Positions 50,481 through 60,429 of a stretch of 64,000 nucleotides of DNA are shown here, piece by piece. The notes beneath the pieces were generated by a model. That model had not been told where the DNA came from. It did no database searches and worked only from the letters and a program-made list of their open reading frames with translations. This stretch comes from Chamaesiphon sp. (lineage in GTDB: Bacteria; Cyanobacteriota; Cyanobacteriia; Cyanobacteriales; Chamaesiphonaceae), in contig CBDFFH010000027.1 in NCBI GenBank assembly GCA_965246715.1, positions 1 to 64,000 on the forward strand. Direction: 5' to 3'. The first letter of the stretch is position 1. Every line of letters begins with the position of its first letter. The position numbers and the translations under genes are program-made.

Positions 50481-51248
50481 TTAGGCGGCTTTACGTGCTG
50501 ATACAGCCGATGGCGCAAAGCTGCCAAAAGATACGGCTTTAAGCACTAAATCTCGAACCGGATTGTTGTAAAGCTGTACGTTTACCAGACCGCGAAGCTC
50601 GAAGTGTTTTGCATACTCAGCTTGGTTGACGATATCGGATAAAACGATCGTGCCATTAGGTTTGAGCACCCTCACAATTTCATCTAGGGCTGTTTGGCGA
50701 TCTGCTGCTGCTTCCAAATTGTGAACCGTCCAGTTGGAAACGATCGCATCAAAGTAGTTTTCGGGGAAAGGCAACTGACGCATATCGGCTGTTTTGACTT
50801 CAATCCGCTCTATGACCCCTTCAATTGCGGCGTTGGATAAGGCAGCATCAGCACTGTTATTCGCTTGGTCTTGTTGCTGCCATAGGTCGATACCGATCGC
50901 TTTGCCAGAAGTTAGCCGCTTTGCCGCCCCGACTAGCATCAAACCCCGTCCACATCCCACATCGAGGACTAGCTCGTCACCCGACCACTGGACTAGATTG
51001 AGGAGGTTTTCGCTGTCTTTTAGCTTTGCTACTTTACTGTAATAAATCATGAAGCAGCCCATCCCTAGCAGGTAAGTGGCTGCAATGCCAAATATTGTAG
51101 CGATAATAATTTTTAGAGTTAGCCCAAATACTGATGAGAGCAAAGCTACCAGGAAGACTGCTAGCGCAACTGTACCAGCGATAAAAAAGAAGCGAACTAG
51201 ACCTGGTGCATCGATGCCATATTGAGGGCGTTGGGTAAGGTTGCTCAT
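50481..51248 (-). CDS. Class I SAM methyltransferase with N-terminal TMs
   Basis: VLDVGCGRG, ADMRQLPF, VRVLKPNG. Confidence 0.92.
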   Translation of the reverse strand: MSNLTQRPQYGIDAPGLVRFFFIAGTVALAVFLVALLSSVFGLTLKIIIATIFGIAATYLLGMGCFMIYYSKVAKLKDSENLLNLVQWSGDELVLDVGCGRGLMLVGAAKRLTSGKAIGIDLWQQQDQANNSADAALSNAAIEGVIERIEVKTADMRQLPFPENYFDAIVSNWTVHNLEAAADRQTALDEIVRVLKPNGTIVLSDIVNQAEYAKHFELRGLVNVQLYNNPVRDLVLKAVSFGSFAPSAVSARKAA

Positions 51249-51292
51249 AATGATGATTTAACTGGATTTGCGATCGAGCTGACTCAACTCTA

Positions 51293-51310
51293 TTAAAACA
51301 TACGTTTGAA
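51293..51310. promoter_or_regulatory. Probable TetR operator
   Basis: TTAAAACATACGTTTGAA, an imperfect palindrome between divergent MTase and tetR. Confidence 0.55.
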
Positions 51311-51411
51311 TTAATTCCCAAGTCCGAATCTAAAATAGCTGGTAAGCTGGATTTATGTGCTGACTAGCCCGTGCTCGATTAGCATCGCTCGAACTCTTAC
51401 TGACATAGGAA

Positions 51412-52032
51412 ATGCCCACTTCAACGACCGATACTAAAGAACAAATCATTAACGTCGCCGAGCGGCTGTTTGCGGAGCACGGCTTTGCTGGGACGACGTT
51501 ACGAAATGTCGTGAGTGAGGCGGGTGTTAACTTGGCAGCCGTTCACTACCACTTCGGTTCCAAGGAAGAGTTATATCGAGCCGTGGTGGCGCGGTTTGCT
51601 CGTCCGATCGTCGATCGAGAATTAGCACTGCTAGAAGAACTTAAAGCAGCCCATGAATTACCTTCGGTGGAAGCGATCTTGACGGCAATGCTCGAACCCA
51701 ACCTGGAAATCTTATCCCAAGATCGAGATATCCTGCTGATTAGAGCAAAATTTATGGGGCGTTGTCGCACGGAGCCAGAGCCGATTCAGAGTATCGCGAA
51801 TCAGGAATTTGTGGTAGCAATGGCGGCGTATTTAGATGTATTGCAGCGGGTTTTGCCCGAACAATCGCGATCGCAACTCAGTTGGAAGTTCGATCTGGTC
51901 ATTGCCGCGTTAATTCGGGTGCTGACTGAAGCTGGAAAACCTTATGGATTACTCAAAAGCAATAGCCCTGAAGATATTCGATCGACTACTCAACAACTCG
52001 TGCGGTTTCTAAGTCCAGGGATGCGATCGTGA
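51412..52032 (+). CDS. TetR regulator
   Basis: AERLFAEHGF.GTTLR..EAGVNLAAVHYHFGSKEEL. Confidence 0.93.
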   Translation: MPTSTTDTKEQIINVAERLFAEHGFAGTTLRNVVSEAGVNLAAVHYHFGSKEELYRAVVARFARPIVDRELALLEELKAAHELPSVEAILTAMLEPNLEILSQDRDILLIRAKFMGRCRTEPEPIQSIANQEFVVAMAAYLDVLQRVLPEQSRSQLSWKFDLVIAALIRVLTEAGKPYGLLKSNSPEDIRSTTQQLVRFLSPGMRS

Positions 52033-52065
52033 GCACAATCCGCTCCTGTTGGTAATACCACTAAT

Positions 52066-53448
52066 TTATCGATTAATTGGCAATCGCACCTGAAAGCGCG
52101 TATTCCCAGGCTCCGATGTAAAGCCGAGCTTGCCCTGATGTTGCCCGACGACAATCCGCCGTGCGATGTCGAGTCCCAATCCCGTCCCTTTCCCAACTTC
52201 TTTAGTCGTGAAAAACTGGTCGAAAATACGCGGTTGGACATCAGTGGGAATCCCCGCACCATCATCGGCAATTTCGACTAGGACATATTCATCTTCAACT
52301 GATGTCCGAATCCATAGATGTCCTTTGCCATTGGTGGCATCGAGCGCATTGTCGATTAAATTCGTCCAAACTTGATTGAGTTGGGGCGCGTAGGCAGATA
52401 TTTTGGGTACATTCCCATACTGCTTTTCTACTACCATACCGTACTTGAGTTTGTGCTTGAGAATGATGAGCGTATTCTCAATTCCCTCATGAATATCGAT
52501 TTCTTGTAATGGCGATCGATCTAAATAAGAGTAATTTTTCATCGCCGTAATTAGCTCGGAAATCCGCGTCGATCCGAGCTTAATATCTTCTAATAGCTTG
52601 ATGCTAGTCAGGGTTGTTTCCAGCCAAGTCAAGACACACTCCAGACAATCAGGAGTAATCTGAGCGGTCACTTCATCTAGCTGCGTCACATCCAAACCCG
52701 CAGTCACCAACATCGGAGCCAGCTTCCAAGCGTTTGCGACCTCATGAGCGTCTAACCAATCAGCAATCTCATCTTCGGCTTCACTTTGCGCGATCGGATC
52801 GAGTTGCGAAGTCTTGAGGGCGGCGGTATTAGCCTTATTATACAAATCATCTAAAAAAGCAATTTGGTCGGCTGTAAGCAGTTGTTGGTGCAGTCTGAGT
52901 GCTAAAGAGGGCAGGGTTTGTAAGGCTGATTCGAGGTTATTTACATTGCTGCGAACGGCAGCGGCGGGGTTATTTAACTCGTGAGCGAGTCCGGCGGATA
53001 AGGTGCCTAAAGAAATTAGTTTTGCTTGCTGCTGAGTGACGGTTTCGTGGATTTGCGATCGCTCGACGGCAATCTTGAGGATGCGCCGCATCACACCAGG
53101 GCACAGTTCCAGCATTTTCCAAAAGTCGTCGGGAGACAGCTTGTATAACCGCACATTGGTGAGTGCCCGTCCGCTAGTCGGATACGGCTGCTCTAGCAAC
53201 AAAATCAGTTCGGCAAACACTTCGCCCATACCTAGTGTCACCGCTGGCACGACTTCTCCACCGACGTTGCGCGTCCACTCGATTTGTCCGGCGAGAATGA
53301 TGTAGAAACCATCGGGCGGATCGCCTTGTTTGGCAATTTGCGTACCGCGATCGATCGTGATTTCGCTACCCAGTCCGGCGATGCACTGTAATTGCTCGTC
53401 ATTCAGGTTAGAAAACAGTGGCATTCGACGGAAGGTGTCAATTTGCAT
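52066..53448 (-). CDS. cNMP-binding-domain sensor histidine kinase
   Basis: cNMP domain, LAHELNNP, NQVWTNLIDNA, DDGAGI, FFTTKEVGKGTGLGL. Confidence 0.93.
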   Translation of the reverse strand: MQIDTFRRMPLFSNLNDEQLQCIAGLGSEITIDRGTQIAKQGDPPDGFYIILAGQIEWTRNVGGEVVPAVTLGMGEVFAELILLLEQPYPTSGRALTNVRLYKLSPDDFWKMLELCPGVMRRILKIAVERSQIHETVTQQQAKLISLGTLSAGLAHELNNPAAAVRSNVNNLESALQTLPSLALRLHQQLLTADQIAFLDDLYNKANTAALKTSQLDPIAQSEAEDEIADWLDAHEVANAWKLAPMLVTAGLDVTQLDEVTAQITPDCLECVLTWLETTLTSIKLLEDIKLGSTRISELITAMKNYSYLDRSPLQEIDIHEGIENTLIILKHKLKYGMVVEKQYGNVPKISAYAPQLNQVWTNLIDNALDATNGKGHLWIRTSVEDEYVLVEIADDGAGIPTDVQPRIFDQFFTTKEVGKGTGLGLDIARRIVVGQHQGKLGFTSEPGNTRFQVRLPINR

Positions 53449-53514
53449 GGGGGCGATGGGGAGTTTTCAAGAACTAGAATTACTGACGACAATATTGCCG
53501 AGCGGGTAGCATTC

Positions 53515-53838
53515 CTATTCTTCCAGTTTTACATAAACCTCTGTTGGGTGAGCTGTGGCAAAGGAGATGTCCCATTCCCGAAAGCCTAAACTTCGATATA
53601 ACCCAGCAGCTACTTCATTTTCTTTGCGATAACTGGTGGCGATGATTTCCACATCAGGACACAACTTGAGACGGCGAATTATCTCAGTCATAGTGGCTCG
53701 TCCATAGCCTTGCCGCTGATACTGACAATCGATCGTCAACCGCATGATGAATCCGACTCTCGCAACAATCTCATACATCAAAAAGCCAATTACAGGCACT
53801 TGAGGCTGTTCGTAGCCACATGCCGCCGCATCATAAAT
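53515..53838 (-). pseudogene. 5'-truncated GNAT acetyltransferase
   Basis: IYD...VIGFLMY...YQRQGYGR...LYRSLGF. N-terminal half is absent. Confidence 0.65.
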
Positions 53839-53995
53839 CGTCCTAGCTAATTCCTGAAGATCGGGATATCCTGAAAACCTTTGTGGAGAAACACTTTTGG
53901 AGATCGATCGTAGAACGGAGTGTCGATCGAGGCGCAGTCACTTTCGATATTTCAAGAGTTTCGGATGTTCCATGCGAAATGGTAAATGATTCCGG

Positions 53996-54198
53996 CTAAT
54001 CCAAAGGACTTCTGACTCCTTCACCACCACAATTGAGAACGTCAGTATAAATCATCGTAGTTTTCACGTCTCTATGCCCCAACAATACATAACGAACAAT
54101 CCATTGCATGTAGGTTTCTTTTATGTGGTAGGAGTAATGCTTGAGGCGAAAATTGCATCTCTAACTTGCTTTAGCAGCCTCTTAGGGGGATTTTGCAT
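53996..54198 (-). pseudogene. intI: Integron integrase remnant (internal deletion plus frameshift)
   Basis: [37 protein letters not shown] fused directly to [29 protein letters not shown]. Confidence 0.9.
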
Positions 54199-54337
54199 AA
54201 TGTTACAATAATTTGAAAAATTTAGCAGATCCACCTTAAATAGGATGATAGGTGAAAAGTTTCTGCTTTTGCATAGGGAATATGCTGAATTTTCCAGTCT
54301 ATCTACCCGAATTTGGATGGATAGGTGGAAAGTTTCC

Positions 54338-54355
54338 GCCTAATAATAGTTATCC
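54338..54355 (+). other. attI recombination site (occupied)
   Basis: GCCTAATAATAG/TTATCC upstream of and divergent from intI. 18/20 direct repeats at 54247-54266 and 54320-54339. Confidence 0.75.
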
Positions 54356-54390
54356 GTATCGACACGCCTAGTTAAAGGAGCAAGCTTTTA

Positions 54391-55080
54391 ATGCGGATGC
54401 AGACACTGCAAGATGGGGCTGAGTCATTCATCGTCTCGGTGTACGAAGCCGCAGAAAGTTCCCCCATAGTGCTTTTCGCAGTGGGAGCAGGTGGTCAGCC
54501 GAAACGTCACTCTACGCTTTTGAACGCCTTGGCTGAATCCGGTTGCACGGTTGTTGCACCGCATTTCGAGCGACTTGCTTCGCCAATTCCTACGGAAGCG
54601 GACTTAACTCTCCGGGCAAGGCGCTTGTCCCTCACACTCGACGCGTTCGTTCAACCTAGCGCAACAGCGGCAGGTGTGGGGCATTCTATTGGTGCAGCTA
54701 CCCTTGTTGCTCTAACGGGAGCACAAATGTGGTTAGGGACTGGTCTGCGCGTCGATATCACACCGGATAGCCGATTAACTCGCCTCGCCTTGTTGGCGAC
54801 ACCTACCGGGTTCTTCCAAGCTCCGGGAGCACTTGATGCGGTGCGGGTTCCAATTCTGGCATGGGTGGGTTCCAAGGATGGCATCACGCCTCCCTCCCAA
54901 ACTGAATGGTTGGCTCATGCCGTGCGCGATTGGCAAACAGTGGATGTTCGCGTCACTGATGGTGCTGACCATTTCTCGTTCATGGATCTACCGCCGCCGC
55001 AAACTACGGAGCCGTTGCCAAATAAGCAGGCATTTCTTCGGGAGCATTCAAGTGAAGTTTGCAAGTTCGTGGTTGGCTGA
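54391..55080 (+). CDS. Alpha/beta hydrolase, integron gene cassette
   Basis: GHSIG nucleophile elbow, D and GADHFSF, AAGGAG RBS. Bounded by attI and attC. Confidence 0.88.
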   Translation: MRMQTLQDGAESFIVSVYEAAESSPIVLFAVGAGGQPKRHSTLLNALAESGCTVVAPHFERLASPIPTEADLTLRARRLSLTLDAFVQPSATAAGVGHSIGAATLVALTGAQMWLGTGLRVDITPDSRLTRLALLATPTGFFQAPGALDAVRVPILAWVGSKDGITPPSQTEWLAHAVRDWQTVDVRVTDGADHFSFMDLPPPQTTEPLPNKQAFLREHSSEVCKFVVG

Positions 55081-55120
55081 GGAGCACTATCGGTGGCCAA
55101 CAACATGCGACGAGTGATAC

Positions 55121-55207
55121 GGATAACAATCCCAATGCACCGGAACAATGTCAAGCGATCGGTGAACTGCAAAGGATATCTATGTCCGGTGGCTGGAACT
55201 GTTAGGC
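55121..55207 (+). other. attC site
   Basis: GGATAAC-AATCCCAATGCACCGGA...TCCGGTGGCTGGAACT-GTTAGGC. GATACGGATAAC is the exact reverse complement of the cassette start GTTATCCGTATC. Confidence 0.85.
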
Positions 55208-55407
55208 TGCTGTTGATGCGATCGCACCCGATCGGTTCAAAACTTGAGGCAATCGGGTATCTAGATTTAATTGATGACACGCTCTAGATTGACCTGAATG
55301 GATCGAGCAATCCGATCGCGATCGTTTGATGCCAGATGGAGCCACCAGCTAGACAATCTTAATCTAACTGCCAGGTGAGAACTACTTGAATTTTTAAGCT
55401 ACTTCCG

Positions 55408-55926
55408 CTACACCTTGACTGCTTGCGCTATCCGCTTCATATAGATTGCCTTGCTATCCCCATCCGCATAGAAGTTTGGGATGAAACCAACCTCTTTATA
55501 TCCATACTTGCCGTAAAACGCGCGAGTCGCGTCGTACTTCGGTAGGGAACTCGTTTCGATAATTAACAATTGACCGCCGCCCGCACAGGCATGTGCCTCT
55601 ACGAACCGCAGCAGTTCGCCACCGATGCCCTGTCCCTGGCGTTCTGGTGCGACGGCAATCATCCACAGATCCCATGTGCGGTTGGACATAGCGTTCGGGT
55701 CGAAATATACTACCCCAATCGGCAAGCCACTAGGGTCGTCCGACCAAATCTCGACCCGATGGTCGGCAGGACAGTTATCCAATACTTCCTGGAGGAAATC
55801 GACCTCAGTAGGCAGAAACATTCCCGCTGCGATCGCCAGGGCGATTAGATCGGGCGTGTCGGACGGGATAGCGGGGCGAATTGTGGACGGAACTTCGGCA
55901 ACAGAGAGGTTTGGAAGTGTAGTCAT
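55408..55926 (-). CDS. GNAT acetyltransferase
   Basis: IAVAPERQGQGIG, IETSS...TRAFY.KYGY. Confidence 0.9.
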   Translation of the reverse strand: MTTLPNLSVAEVPSTIRPAIPSDTPDLIALAIAAGMFLPTEVDFLQEVLDNCPADHRVEIWSDDPSGLPIGVVYFDPNAMSNRTWDLWMIAVAPERQGQGIGGELLRFVEAHACAGGGQLLIIETSSLPKYDATRAFYGKYGYKEVGFIPNFYADGDSKAIYMKRIAQAVKV

Positions 55927-56026
55927 AGTGTTATGTCACCCTAGATTTATACTAACTAGTCTGGGTATCACCTATCTAGCACTGCAACTGTCAAGCAGTC
56001 CCTCAGCTCTTTGTTGCTAATTTGGC

Positions 56027-56884
56027 TCAGGCTGTAGCATTAACTAACCAGGCTGAGGCTGGCATTTGGACTCCATCTTCGGTATGGTAGGTCTTTAGGC
56101 GATCGGACAGTTCCGAATCAATAGCAGTCCTGACGGCATCGGGTAAATCTGGTGGCAATTGGGCAACACCCAATGCTGCGAGCAGAAATTTAGCGGCTGA
56201 TTCAGGGTTAGCACCCGCACCACCGACCGCCAAGTCGTGCTGCCAAGGTGAAATATCGATATCCTGAAAGCCAGCCGTGTGAAGGATTTCCTCTACATAG
56301 CTCGGCTCGGCAAAAGCAAACGGACCTGGAGCGCGAGGGACAGGTGTGGGCAAAGGCACACGAGCGGCGATAACCTTCACGACTTCAAACATCCAGGGAT
56401 TCTGTGGCAGGGAGTTCCAGCAAACCATAGACAGCCTGCCACTCGGCTTTAAGAAATCGTGGATATGAGTAAAGGCTGCATGGGGATTGCTAAAAAACAT
56501 GATGCCGAAGCGGGAGACAATACAATCCGCTTGCTCAGTAGCTAGCGGAGTCACCGCCGCATCGCCAAGCACGAACTGTACGTTCTCAATTCCTAATGTT
56601 GCTGCCCGTTTTGTTGCTTCAGCCACCAGCACTGGTGAGATGTCCAACCCTGTCACTGCACCTGCTGCGCCAACCTGTTGGGCGATTGCGATACTAGTCG
56701 CACCAGCCCCGCAGCCGATATCGATAATCTGCTCGCCTGAGCGACATCCAGCCCGTTCGATGAGGGCATCGCCGATGGGTTTAATCATCCCTTCAAAGCG
56801 ATCGACATTGGCAAGCCAGCGGTCGCCGTTTTGCCCCGCCCATAAGGTTTCTTGAGTTGGTTGCTCTTTAATTGTTTCAGTCAT
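56027..56884 (-). CDS. Class I SAM methyltransferase
   Basis: IDIGCGAG, SRFGIMFF, PGPFAFA. Confidence 0.92.
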   Translation of the reverse strand: MTETIKEQPTQETLWAGQNGDRWLANVDRFEGMIKPIGDALIERAGCRSGEQIIDIGCGAGATSIAIAQQVGAAGAVTGLDISPVLVAEATKRAATLGIENVQFVLGDAAVTPLATEQADCIVSRFGIMFFSNPHAAFTHIHDFLKPSGRLSMVCWNSLPQNPWMFEVVKVIAARVPLPTPVPRAPGPFAFAEPSYVEEILHTAGFQDIDISPWQHDLAVGGAGANPESAAKFLLAALGVAQLPPDLPDAVRTAIDSELSDRLKTYHTEDGVQMPASAWLVNATA

Positions 56885-56892
56885 ATTTATAA

Positions 56893-56955
56893 CCTACATT
56901 TCGCACTTCGATTTTTGCTCGAAAGGTAATCTAATAATATTCGTCATTTCGGCGA
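56893..56955. mobile_element. Truncated copy of the IS1634-type MITE end
   Basis: CCTACATTTCGCACTTCGATTT..CGAA.GTAAT matches the reverse complement of 32215-32274. Confidence 0.65.
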
Positions 56956-57023
56956 CCGCAATAAATGTAAATACTTACGAGATCGAGCGATCGATTTGAG
57001 GGAGTAAAATATTAGAGGTTCTA

Positions 57024-58112
57024 CTAGCTGTCCTTTTTATCATACTCGATCGATTCAGCGCGGCGATCGAGAAAATGTGCTTGATAATATCGACAAAATT
57101 CGATCGTCGGCGCATCTGAAGGCACTAAAACCTCAACCCCTAAAGGTGGAACTTCAGCAGGCGAAGCTGTCTCCATAATCCGGCGATCTTCGCCCAAGAT
57201 AATTGGAGTAAGTAAGTTAAATAAAGATAGAATTGGATTGAAGTGTCCAAAATTGCGCCGACTCACTACTATCATTCGCGCTCGATTTTCAGCGATCGGT
57301 ACGCACCAGATATGCAGCAATGAACGTTTAGATTCAGAATCAGTCGGAATGCCTAAAGTTAGTCCATTTGGCGGCAAAAATTCTAACCATCCTTTATCTA
57401 AAGATTCAGTATTTTTATCGGCTTTAATTAACCAATCGAGACGGAAAGCACCATCTACCCCCTTGGTAATTGTTGTCTCTAGATGAGGATTTTGTGATTT
57501 GCCTAATGCTCTCCCGTATGCCGCTCCAATCGTGCGCGGATGCACGTAGGGAATATGTGCCACATCCAGCATCGTTTGAGTCGCTCGACTCCAATGTGTA
57601 TCCCATTCCCGCTCGGTAATATTACCAAACCACCCAGCCGCTGCAAGGGAATCTGGGATATTTAGCAGTGGGATCTCGCTCGTCGTGTCCGTGCTAGTGT
57701 AAACCCACAGTAAACCACCAACTTCTTGACAGGGTAGAGCTGAAGCTTTTACGGCATCTAGGTTGGGCGCATCATTGAGCGCGATAAGAGTGCAATTTCC
57801 TTGCCCATCGTATTGCCAGCCATGAAATGGACATTGGATGCAACCGTCACTAGTTATGCTTCCACCAGATAGTTTGACACTACGGTGGGGACATCGATCG
57901 ATTAAAGCACTAACATTACCATTAGCGTCACGAAAAAACACTAGCGGAATGCTATCTAACTCGATCGCTAAAATCCCTTTTTGATCGAGTGCTTTAACGT
58001 TCGTAACCGGAGTCCACTGTGCGGGCAAACTGGGGAATCTTACCTGTCGGCTAGGGTGCATATATATTTGGGCTGATTTAATTGACTTGGATAACTCCAG
58101 AGCTGCCCTCAT
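57024..58112 (-). CDS. Rieske non-heme iron oxygenase alpha subunit
   Basis: CPH...CPFHGW, DVAHIPYVH, ILGED. Confidence 0.92.
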   Translation of the reverse strand: MRAALELSKSIKSAQIYMHPSRQVRFPSLPAQWTPVTNVKALDQKGILAIELDSIPLVFFRDANGNVSALIDRCPHRSVKLSGGSITSDGCIQCPFHGWQYDGQGNCTLIALNDAPNLDAVKASALPCQEVGGLLWVYTSTDTTSEIPLLNIPDSLAAAGWFGNITEREWDTHWSRATQTMLDVAHIPYVHPRTIGAAYGRALGKSQNPHLETTITKGVDGAFRLDWLIKADKNTESLDKGWLEFLPPNGLTLGIPTDSESKRSLLHIWCVPIAENRARMIVVSRRNFGHFNPILSLFNLLTPIILGEDRRIMETASPAEVPPLGVEVLVPSDAPTIEFCRYYQAHFLDRRAESIEYDKKDS

Positions 58113-58146
58113 AGAATACCGACTTTATTGAGTTCTGTCTTGTCAA

Positions 58147-59010
58147 TTATTGAAAAATTTGTCGAGATCTTGACCGATCGCGATATATTCCTGGTGGAAT
58201 ACCGACATGGCGATGAAATACTTTAGTAAAGTGACTTTGGCTGTCAAAGCCAACAACGTGACAAATTTCGACAATCGATCGATCTCCATCGATTAGTAGT
58301 TGTTTAGCTTGTTCGATTCGGCAATTAGTTACATATCGGTGTAGGGTATTGCCAGTGGATCGTTTGAACGAGCGAATTAGGTAGAACTTATTCATTTTAA
58401 CAATAGTTGCTAATTCATCCAGACTCAGATCTCGATCGAGGTGATTATTAATATAATTAGTCAAAATTTCTAACCGCTCTCGATCCAATTTCCCAATTGA
58501 GTTTTGAGCGATCGAGGTTGATGTTGTATGATGCCTGAGTAATTGTAGAATCAAAGTTGCTATCAGAGATTCAATGTAGAGTTTTTCTCTAACATGATGA
58601 CTTATTAATTCCTGCTTTATTGTTAACCCGATGGCATTAATTAGCGGATCTTGACGCTTGTAGTGTGGGACGATTTCGATGAGATCGCGATCGCTCAGAC
58701 CGAGCATCATCTGACGAACATAATTGGCATCGAGATCGATAAGTAGAAATTCAATCGATCGATCCCAAACTACACGGCGACTCATCCCCATCGGCAAGAA
58801 GGTAAACTCGCCTGGATGCAGTTGATTTGTTTGATAGCATCCGTTATACCACTGTTCGACATGAAAATTGTTGCCAAGATTGAGCATGATTCGGTGTTTG
58901 GCAAGCAATGATTCTGGCAGCTCACTCGCAGCTTGTTGGCAATAGTCGATGGTCAGATGTTCGAGTTGCTCGGTGCCCAAACATAGACGAGACGGAATAA
59001 TTGAATTCAC
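58147..59010 (-). CDS. AraC regulator
   Basis: LSLDELA, GFDSQSHFTKVF. Confidence 0.9.
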   Translation of the reverse strand: MNSIIPSRLCLGTEQLEHLTIDYCQQAASELPESLLAKHRIMLNLGNNFHVEQWYNGCYQTNQLHPGEFTFLPMGMSRRVVWDRSIEFLLIDLDANYVRQMMLGLSDRDLIEIVPHYKRQDPLINAIGLTIKQELISHHVREKLYIESLIATLILQLLRHHTTSTSIAQNSIGKLDRERLEILTNYINNHLDRDLSLDELATIVKMNKFYLIRSFKRSTGNTLHRYVTNCRIEQAKQLLIDGDRSIVEICHVVGFDSQSHFTKVFHRHVGIPPGIYRDRSRSRQIFQ

Positions 59011-59233
59011 TTGCTTGGTTTTAACAATCTTAATGTTGATGAGAGGATAGAGTTGTGGCGATGATTATCTGCCCAGCATAAAGGTCTGCTCTAACTATAA
59101 CAAGACCGATCGATTTAGATAAAGCTTGGTTTTTCCATGATGAGCAGGTGGCTGTTTGTGGCGATCGAATGGCTAGATGCGATCGCCAACATTTATCTGG
59201 TGATGCAGAAAGACGATCGATCTGGGCACGTTG

Positions 59234-59830
59234 TCAGATGATGTTAACAGGCGAGCGCGATGAAATATCTTGCCCTAAATTTAGACGATCTGCTCGGACA
59301 AAGCAGCAATCGCCCGGATCGTAGGATTGAAGTTGCGGGCGATCGCTGCTGTCTACTTCCTCATACCCAAGCCGCCTCAACAGCCGAATACTCCTGTGGT
59401 TCGCTGGATGTACTGTCGCCCACCATTGGGTTCCTGGCAACGCTGCATCGAGGTAATCGTGCCACCAGCACATTGCTTCAAAAGCCAATCCCTTTCCCCA
59501 CCAATCTCGACCAAATAAATACGCTAGTTCGCCCCACTCGCCGTACCACGTCGCCTCCAGACGACCGATCGCCACAGCTTCAGGAGCTGGCAACCGCACC
59601 ACCATATTAAACCATCGCTCGTTGGCGTGTAGCCTACCGGAGATAATCGGCATTGTGGAATTCACTGGAGCGCGAGATCGGGCGGCATAATTCATCCTCA
59701 TTTCTTCGATTGTGGGTGGGTTTCCCGTCGCATCGATAAAGGCGAGAACAGCAGGATCGTTGAGAATGGCGAACAGCTCGTCGGCATGGGCAGCAGTCAG
59801 AGGCTCGAACCGGAGATTTTTACTCTGCAT
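59234..59830 (-). CDS. RimJ-type GNAT acetyltransferase
   Basis: WWGKGLAFEA, NHRSIRLLRRLGY. Confidence 0.88.
   Translation of the reverse strand: MQSKNLRFEPLTAAHADELFAILNDPAVLAFIDATGNPPTIEEMRMNYAARSRAPVNSTMPIISGRLHANERWFNMVVRLPAPEAVAIGRLEATWYGEWGELAYLFGRDWWGKGLAFEAMCWWHDYLDAALPGTQWWATVHPANHRSIRLLRRLGYEEVDSSDRPQLQSYDPGDCCFVRADRLNLGQDISSRSPVNII
59622..59645 (+). repeat. 24-nt small dispersed repeat in CG|ATCG (GNAT gene)
   Basis: TTGGCGTGTAGCCTACCGGAGATA. Confidence 0.7.
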
Positions 59831-60008
59831 TGGGGTGATCCTCTTTTCCTTTTGCTAGCTAGTTAACGGTCGATTATTGCGATCGATGTGGGTACTTCCG
59901 AACAATTTCGCACTTCATCATTCGATCGCGGCAAGTTATCAGGCGATGTCAATGCGAGATCGATCTTAATGAAATGTCCTTCGCTAAATTGCTTGGCGCA
60001 AATATTTA

Positions 60009-60326
60009 CTACTTAAGTTCCCAGTCCAACAGATTTTCCCCTGAGACGATCGATCCTGCTTGACTAGGTAACGGTTGAATCCCCTGCTGACAAACTGAGG
60101 TCAAAAATGTGATGAAATCGCTCAAACGAATAAATTGAGGCTGGGTTTCTAAAAATTCTTCGGTTACTAACATCGGTGGTAGCTTTATCCCGTTGGCACA
60201 ATAGATGACGGGTTTGTCTGGATCTAACCGCATCATGCAATAAATCGTCCGATCGTCATCAGTCAAGATCGCAAACGGTAGTAAATCGACTGGGCATCTG
60301 CCCAATTTGAGATGGCGATCGCTCAC
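60009..60326 (-). CDS. Hypothetical protein or fragment
   Basis: 105-aa ORF co-oriented with neighbours, no clear motif. Confidence 0.35.
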   Translation of the reverse strand: MSDRHLKLGRCPVDLLPFAILTDDDRTIYCMMRLDPDKPVIYCANGIKLPPMLVTEEFLETQPQFIRLSDFITFLTSVCQQGIQPLPSQAGSIVSGENLLDWELK

Positions 60327-60429
60327 AGCTATAAAATCTAGACGATAGCGTCACTCGATCTGTGACGACAAGTTGTTGGCGATATAAATATCCGATCGCC
60401 ATGAAATGTTCTGCCAACTATCTCTTAAA

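Noticed and set aside
53850..53975. Weak inverted repeat between the GNAT fragment and intI remnant
   Set aside because: Too many mismatches and no target duplication.
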